The notes under the pieces were generated by a model. It saw only the letters and a list, made by a program, of their open reading frames with translations. It did no database searches and was not told the origin of the DNA. Positions 58,461 through 64,000 of a DNA stretch of 64,000 nucleotides are shown here, piece after piece. Position numbers and translations under genes: made by a program. Numbering within the stretch: the first letter of the stretch is position 1; each line of letters begins with the position of its first letter. The stretch is from Octopus vulgaris (taxonomy: Eukaryota), in assembly GCA_951406725.2 (NCBI GenBank), contig OX597821.1, positions 103,726,001 to 103,790,000 on the forward strand. Direction: 5' to 3'.

Positions 58461-58746
58461 ATAATAATGATAATGATAACGACAAAAGATGATAATGATG
58501 ATGAGGATGATGATGATGATGACTGCGACGACGACAATGATTCTGATGAATCTGATTGTGAAGACGATGATAATGATGATGTTTTAGTTGTATTTCTTGA
58601 TGATTGTGTGCTTGTTTGAACAGTAGATAGGAAAACTGGAAGAGACAGCCTATGGTCAAATATTTTCCTTACTGCGACCAACACGACGTTTTCCTGGTAT
58701 AGCTAGGACTATATTACTGAATGTGTCTTTTCTCATTTTTTTTACG

Positions 58747-59340
<594 letters not shown>

Positions 59341-60994
59341 ATGTATACATGTATGTATGTATATATCTACGTATGTCTAAGTGAAACCGTATGTGCGGGT
59401 TTTATGTAACGCAATTATCAAACACGCATCAATTATTAACCATATAATCATTTCTAAAAAAAGCATCAATTCTGAATATCAAAAATGTCAGCCAAAAATA
59501 ACACGCTGTGAGGAATCGAAGTACGGAATAATTTGTGTTGCGGGACAAAAATATAAAGGAAAAAGCTCCTTTTGACACCTCTACTCTTCCATACCTGCTC
59601 TCTCTCTGCTCGCTATGGTGTAACTAGATGTTGATATATCAGTGTGTAATCTATTGATGAAGAGGTGGTCCTCTTCCAATCAAAATTGGTGGCCATCGTT
59701 ATTATGTTAGACTCATGTTGCTGTTTAAGAACGGTACATACATACATATATACATACATACACTTTTACATATGCATGATCACTTTTTTCCCCTCTGTCT
59801 CTCTTTCTCTAATATATATACATATATGTTTGTGAACACAAAATGAATTTTTATTATGTAGCTCAAAAATCTGCCAAGAAGGAGAAAAAGACGAATAGAA
59901 GCGTTGCATCGAAGATATGCGCAACCAAACATTATATAACCATGTTTAATTGCGTCGTCTACTGCTAGACGCTCTGGTTCGGAGTGTATTATACCTCTGT
60001 CTTTTTCCCTTTTCATCACACCCGCACACATACACTTACATGCACGCATACGCATACACACCCACACACATTTTTTAAAGATATATTTCACACGATTGCA
60101 TGCCTTCGGACGTGAAAAGACGGTCCGCTGTGAAGATAATCCTGGGAGAATAATCTCTTACAGGAGAAATCTGAAAACGCATCTAGGGCTATGAATGAAA
60201 TCATTAGACAGTAGGACGCATGCGTTTTTGCGTTTTTTCATTTCTTTAGTCACATACACTAAAAATTGTCTTCTATCGTCCTATAAGAACGAGATTTTCT
60301 TATTAAAAGATCATAGAGTATACGGTACGCCTCTTTACGTAAATAAATCTATATAAATAAGAATAATTTTCATTCTTATCATAGTTTGGTTTGCATTTGT
60401 GGATGACGAAAGGAAAAGAGGCTGAGACTCGTACGTCCTGTGATGCAATGACTTCATTCCACAAATGCCTAAAATGAGAAGCTTCTACCGATAATTTTTT
60501 TCCGCGCGAAAGGTTCATCTCATGTCCGAATGAACTCGAACGTGCTAAATATAATTTTATATGAATATATTTAAGGTAGATTCATGCAACATTTCAGATA
60601 TCAGCCGAAATTACGAAGATAACCTGGTACACGTCTGAGGAAAGAAAACTTCGAATGACCCGTCCTTGATTTCTTTGAATCGTCTATCTGGATATTTTGT
60701 TGTCCAACTTTTCTATCACCTAACTGTCCAAATGTTTTGCGTTCTTTTCCCATTTTATATAATATATATATATAGTTCAACTTGATAGAAAAAGAAAAGA
60801 CGAAGACAGGAGCATGAACAACAAGCAAGTGTAATAGTTTGACGCTCGGGAAAATGAGCATGAACATATATATATATATATGAGCATCTATACATACAAA
60901 CATACATGCATACATATATATGTGTGTGTGTGTGTGTGCGTACATATATATATATGTATAAATATATATGTGTGTGTGTGTGTATATATATCGT

Positions 60995-61168
60995 TAGCCA
61001 TTACACATTCTTTATTTTCTCTCCTTGTTTCTTTCTGTGTTCCTTTCTGTGGAAGAGCGCAGGCACGAAGCGTTAAAGACTTTTTCACTTCCCGAGCGTT
61101 AAACTAATACATCTGTTTGTTGTCTACATCACATGTCTTCGTCTTTTGCTGTTTTGTGAATTCTTCCT
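60995..61168 (+). mobile_element. pLTR-like segment with degenerate hammerhead (61043-61079); inverted partial copy at 60787-60858
   Basis: CTTT CTGTGGA A GAGC-GCAG-GCAC GAAGCGTT AAAG; collinear with 32420-32600. Confidence 0.7.
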
Positions 61169-61214
<46 letters not shown>

Positions 61215-61414
61215 TCAATCCAAACAAGAACAAGGAAGAAAAATCAACAACCCGTGGACGTGGAACAAGTACAGTGTTATTGGGCGCTCAAGAAAGGAGA
61301 GAAAAGAAAGAGGATTTCACGTTTTGAGCGGAGCTCTTCATCAGAAATATAGAAATAATCCAAGAAGGGAAGACGGAGAAAAAAAAAATCGCCAAAGATG
61401 CACACGCGGTCGCA
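61215..61414 (-). mobile_element. pLTR-like segment with degenerate hammerhead (61314-61348)
   Basis: Minus strand: ATTT CTGATGA A GAGC-TCC-GCTC AAAA CGTG AAAT (GAAA and cleavage triplet mutated). Confidence 0.7.
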
Positions 61415-61804
61415 TATTGAGATAACCGGAAGGGAATGGGTGAAGAAAAAGGTCTTTTAAAGACAGGAAAGTGCAAGAGAAGGAGATATGTGTGCGTATG
61501 TGTGGGTATGTTCGTGCGCGCAAGTCTGTATGTGTGTATATGTGTAATGATAGCACGTGTATGTGCGAGCGTGTGTGGTTGTGTCTGTTTATGTAGGTGT
61601 GTGGTTGGACTAGTGGCGTTTAAGTACGTAGAAAGAATTTTGGTAGGAGTGGCTGTCATATAAAATAAAGGAGTTGGCATTGGAAGTTTTTCACTGGAGA
61701 TCGAGTGCTAAAGTTAAAGCGATTTCAGCTTTTGGAAGACAGAAGTTCGCCTCGAAGAAGCACTCAAAGACCGTCAAGTTCACTTAAACGCTTACTCTTT
61801 ACTA

Positions 61805-62203
61805 TTTTAGTCTTTTACTTGTCTCAGTCATTTGACTGCGGTCATGCTGGAGCACCACCTTTAGTCGAGCAAATCGACCCCGAGACTTATTCTTTGTAAG
61901 CCCAGTACTTATTCTATCGGTCTCTTTTTGCCGAACCGCTAGGTGACGGGGACGTAAACACACCAGCATCGGTTGTCAAGCAATGCTAGGGGGACAAACA
62001 CAGACACACAAACACACACATACATATACATATATATACATATATACGACAGGCTTCTTTCAGTTTCCGTCTACCAAATCGACTCACAAGAAATTGGTCG
62101 GAAAATAGCAGAAGACACTTGCTCAAGTTGCCACGCTGTAGGACTGAACCCGGAACCATGTGGCTGCTTAGCAAGCTACTTACCACACAGCCACTCCTGC
62201 GCC
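61805..62203 (-). mobile_element. SINE family A, full length
   Basis: Reverse complement of 40062-40470, ending ACCACACAGCCACTCCTGCGCC. Confidence 0.92.
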
Positions 62204-62388
62204 TTGTAATATGATGACAAAGTTTTTGTCGTTCGAAACTACAACCTGTTGTTCACTGTCAAAAGTGTTTTACCAAATAAACGTTTAAGTGAAGTTGACA
62301 GCCTTCATGCGTTCCTAAATGGCTAACTTCTGTCCTTAACGCTGCAATCGCTCTCACGCTATGTCTGCCTGTGTGTGTCTCACTTTCT

Positions 62389-62421
<33 letters not shown>

Positions 62422-62426
<5 letters not shown>

Positions 62427-62656
62427 ACATAAGGAATCCACTTATAAGAATTCAACACGCTAGAAAGAACAGCTAGGTTCTATAACCACAAAAATTAGGG
62501 ATAAAATTCGACAGGAACGATTTGAAAAATGAAAAACATTTTACCATCTAGTTTCCTGGACCAATTGGTTGTGATTTTTCTAATTTTTGTGGTTATAGAA
62601 CCTACCTGTTCTTTCTAGCGTGTTGAATTCCTATAAGTGGATTCCTTATGTGTTTA
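62422..62656. repeat. Fold-back/MITE-like element with ~77-bp near-perfect inverted arms, inserted at TA repeats
   Basis: TAAACACATAAGGAATCCACTTATAAGAATTCAACACGCTAGAAAGAACAG..(62422-62498) versus 62580-62656; 2 mismatches seen. Confidence 0.92.
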
Positions 62657-62784
62657 AATATACACTATATCGTATGACTAATATATTGTCTTTTTGACTA
62701 AATTTTTTACACGTTAGACCACTGGAAATGTAAATTTTAAATAATTTCCATTTCCCTTTGATATGATTAAATATTATATATTCT

Positions 62785-63205
62785 TTCCCTCTTTTAGTTT
62801 TATCGGTCATTTGACTGCAACCAAACTGGAGCACCGCCTTTAGTCGCAGATATCGACTCCAGGACTTTTTCTTTGTAAGCCTAGTACTTATTCTATCGGT
62901 CTCTTTTGCTGAACAGCTAAGTTACGGGGACATAAACACACCAGCATCGGTTGTCAAGCAATGGTGGGGTACAAACACAGACACACAAATACACACACAC
63001 ATACAAAATAATACATATTATACATACATGCATATTATAATTGTATATATAACGACGGGCTTCTTTCGGTTTCCATCTACCAAATCGACTCACTTTGGTC
63101 GGCCCGAGGCTGTAGTAGAAGACACTTCCCCTAGTTGCCTGGGAGTGGGATTAAACCCGGAACCATGTGGTTGGAAAACAAGCTTATTTACTACATAGCC
63201 ACAGC
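62785..63205 (-). mobile_element. SINE family A, full length
   Basis: Collinear with 61805-62203. Confidence 0.9.
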
Positions 63206-63206
63206 T

Positions 63207-63641
63207 CTGTACTTATGTGATCTTTTCGAACAATTCGCGTAAGTGTAAAACGGTCCCTAGCAGAAAGATTTGAATTACTTTCGGAGTTTTGTTTCGACGA
63301 GGAGGTTTTTTTCCCTCTTTCTCGAAAGCTGTCATTACATTCGAGAAATTTCATCTTGATACACCAATCATTTCAGCTGCTTTCGTTGCGCTAGCGCCTG
63401 CCATACGAGCACCAACAATTCGACCTCTTTGAAAGTCCGATATATCTGTCATTTTAATGAATTTTAATTACCTTTTTCTGATGATATCTGAAAAGATACA
63501 ACAATTTTAGAAAAAACATTTTAAGCAACACAAATAAATAAAAAAAAACATAAAAATAAATAAGCTTTTGACGGTTTTATAGATATTTGAAACTTATGCT
63601 GCTATGATGCTAGGTGTTTCCATTATTTTGTCCAACACATG
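63207..63641 (-). mobile_element. Tc1/mariner transposon, 5' part (TIR + N-terminal DNA-binding domain)
   Basis: Minus strand TA|CATGTGTTGGACAAAATAATGGAAACACC; from ATG at 63452: MTDISDFQRGRIVGARMAGASATKAAEMIGVSR*NFSNVMTAFEKEGK..LSARDRFTLTRIVRK. Confidence 0.9.
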
Positions 63642-63647
63642 TATGTA

Positions 63648-63779
<132 letters not shown>

Positions 63780-63804
63780 TTTATATATATATAAATATAT
63801 ATTC

Positions 63805-64000
63805 TCTCTTTACTCCTTTACTTGTTTTAGTTATTTGACTGCGGCCATGTTGGAGCACTGCCTTTCATCGAGCAACTCGACCCCGGAACTTATTCTTTTG
63901 TAAGCCCAGAACTTATTCTATCGGTCTCTTTTTGCCGAGCCGGTAAGTAACGGGGACATAAACACACCAACATCGGTTGTCAAGCAATGCTAGGAGGACA
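63805..64000 (-). mobile_element. SINE family A, 3' half, running off the window
   Basis: TTTGACTGCGGCCATGTTGGAGCAC..ACTTATTCTATCGGTCTCTTTTTGCCGA. Confidence 0.9.

Noticed and set aside
59650-59690. TTGATGA-AGAGG-TGGT-CCTCT as a hammerhead (also a faint one near 60127-60185)
   Set aside because: C3 is missing and no GAAA follows the helix; too degenerate to call.

Overview
AT-rich, repeat-saturated animal genomic DNA, most likely intergenic or intronic. The SINE repertoire and extreme microsatellite load point to a coleoid cephalopod such as Octopus (inference from recalled repeat families; not checked by search). I found no convincing host protein-coding exon: nearly all listed ORFs translate microsatellites or SINEs. 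Recognisable content: (i) decayed non-LTR retrotransposon fragments (R4/Dong-type pieces in (TAA)n tracts, RTE-type pieces); (ii) a Penelope-like GIY-YIG endonuclease fragment and several Penelope pLTR-like pieces; (iii) two halves of Tc1/mariner elements; (iv) dozens of tRNA-derived SINEs from at least four families; (v) a ~560-bp non-coding element always embedded in (ATT)n; (vi) several long hairpin/fold-back elements abutting (TA)n tracts. The most interesting signal is a set of short non-coding mobile elements carrying minimal type-I hammerhead ribozyme motifs. Two have an intact catalytic core (11055-11114, 23437-23482), one sits in a tRNA-headed element with an 11-bp target-site duplication (46134-46451), and three show a CUGUNGA core variant. 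A ~130-nt multi-stem candidate structured RNA of unknown class lies at 38024-38152. Coordinates were read by eye and are approximate at element edges.
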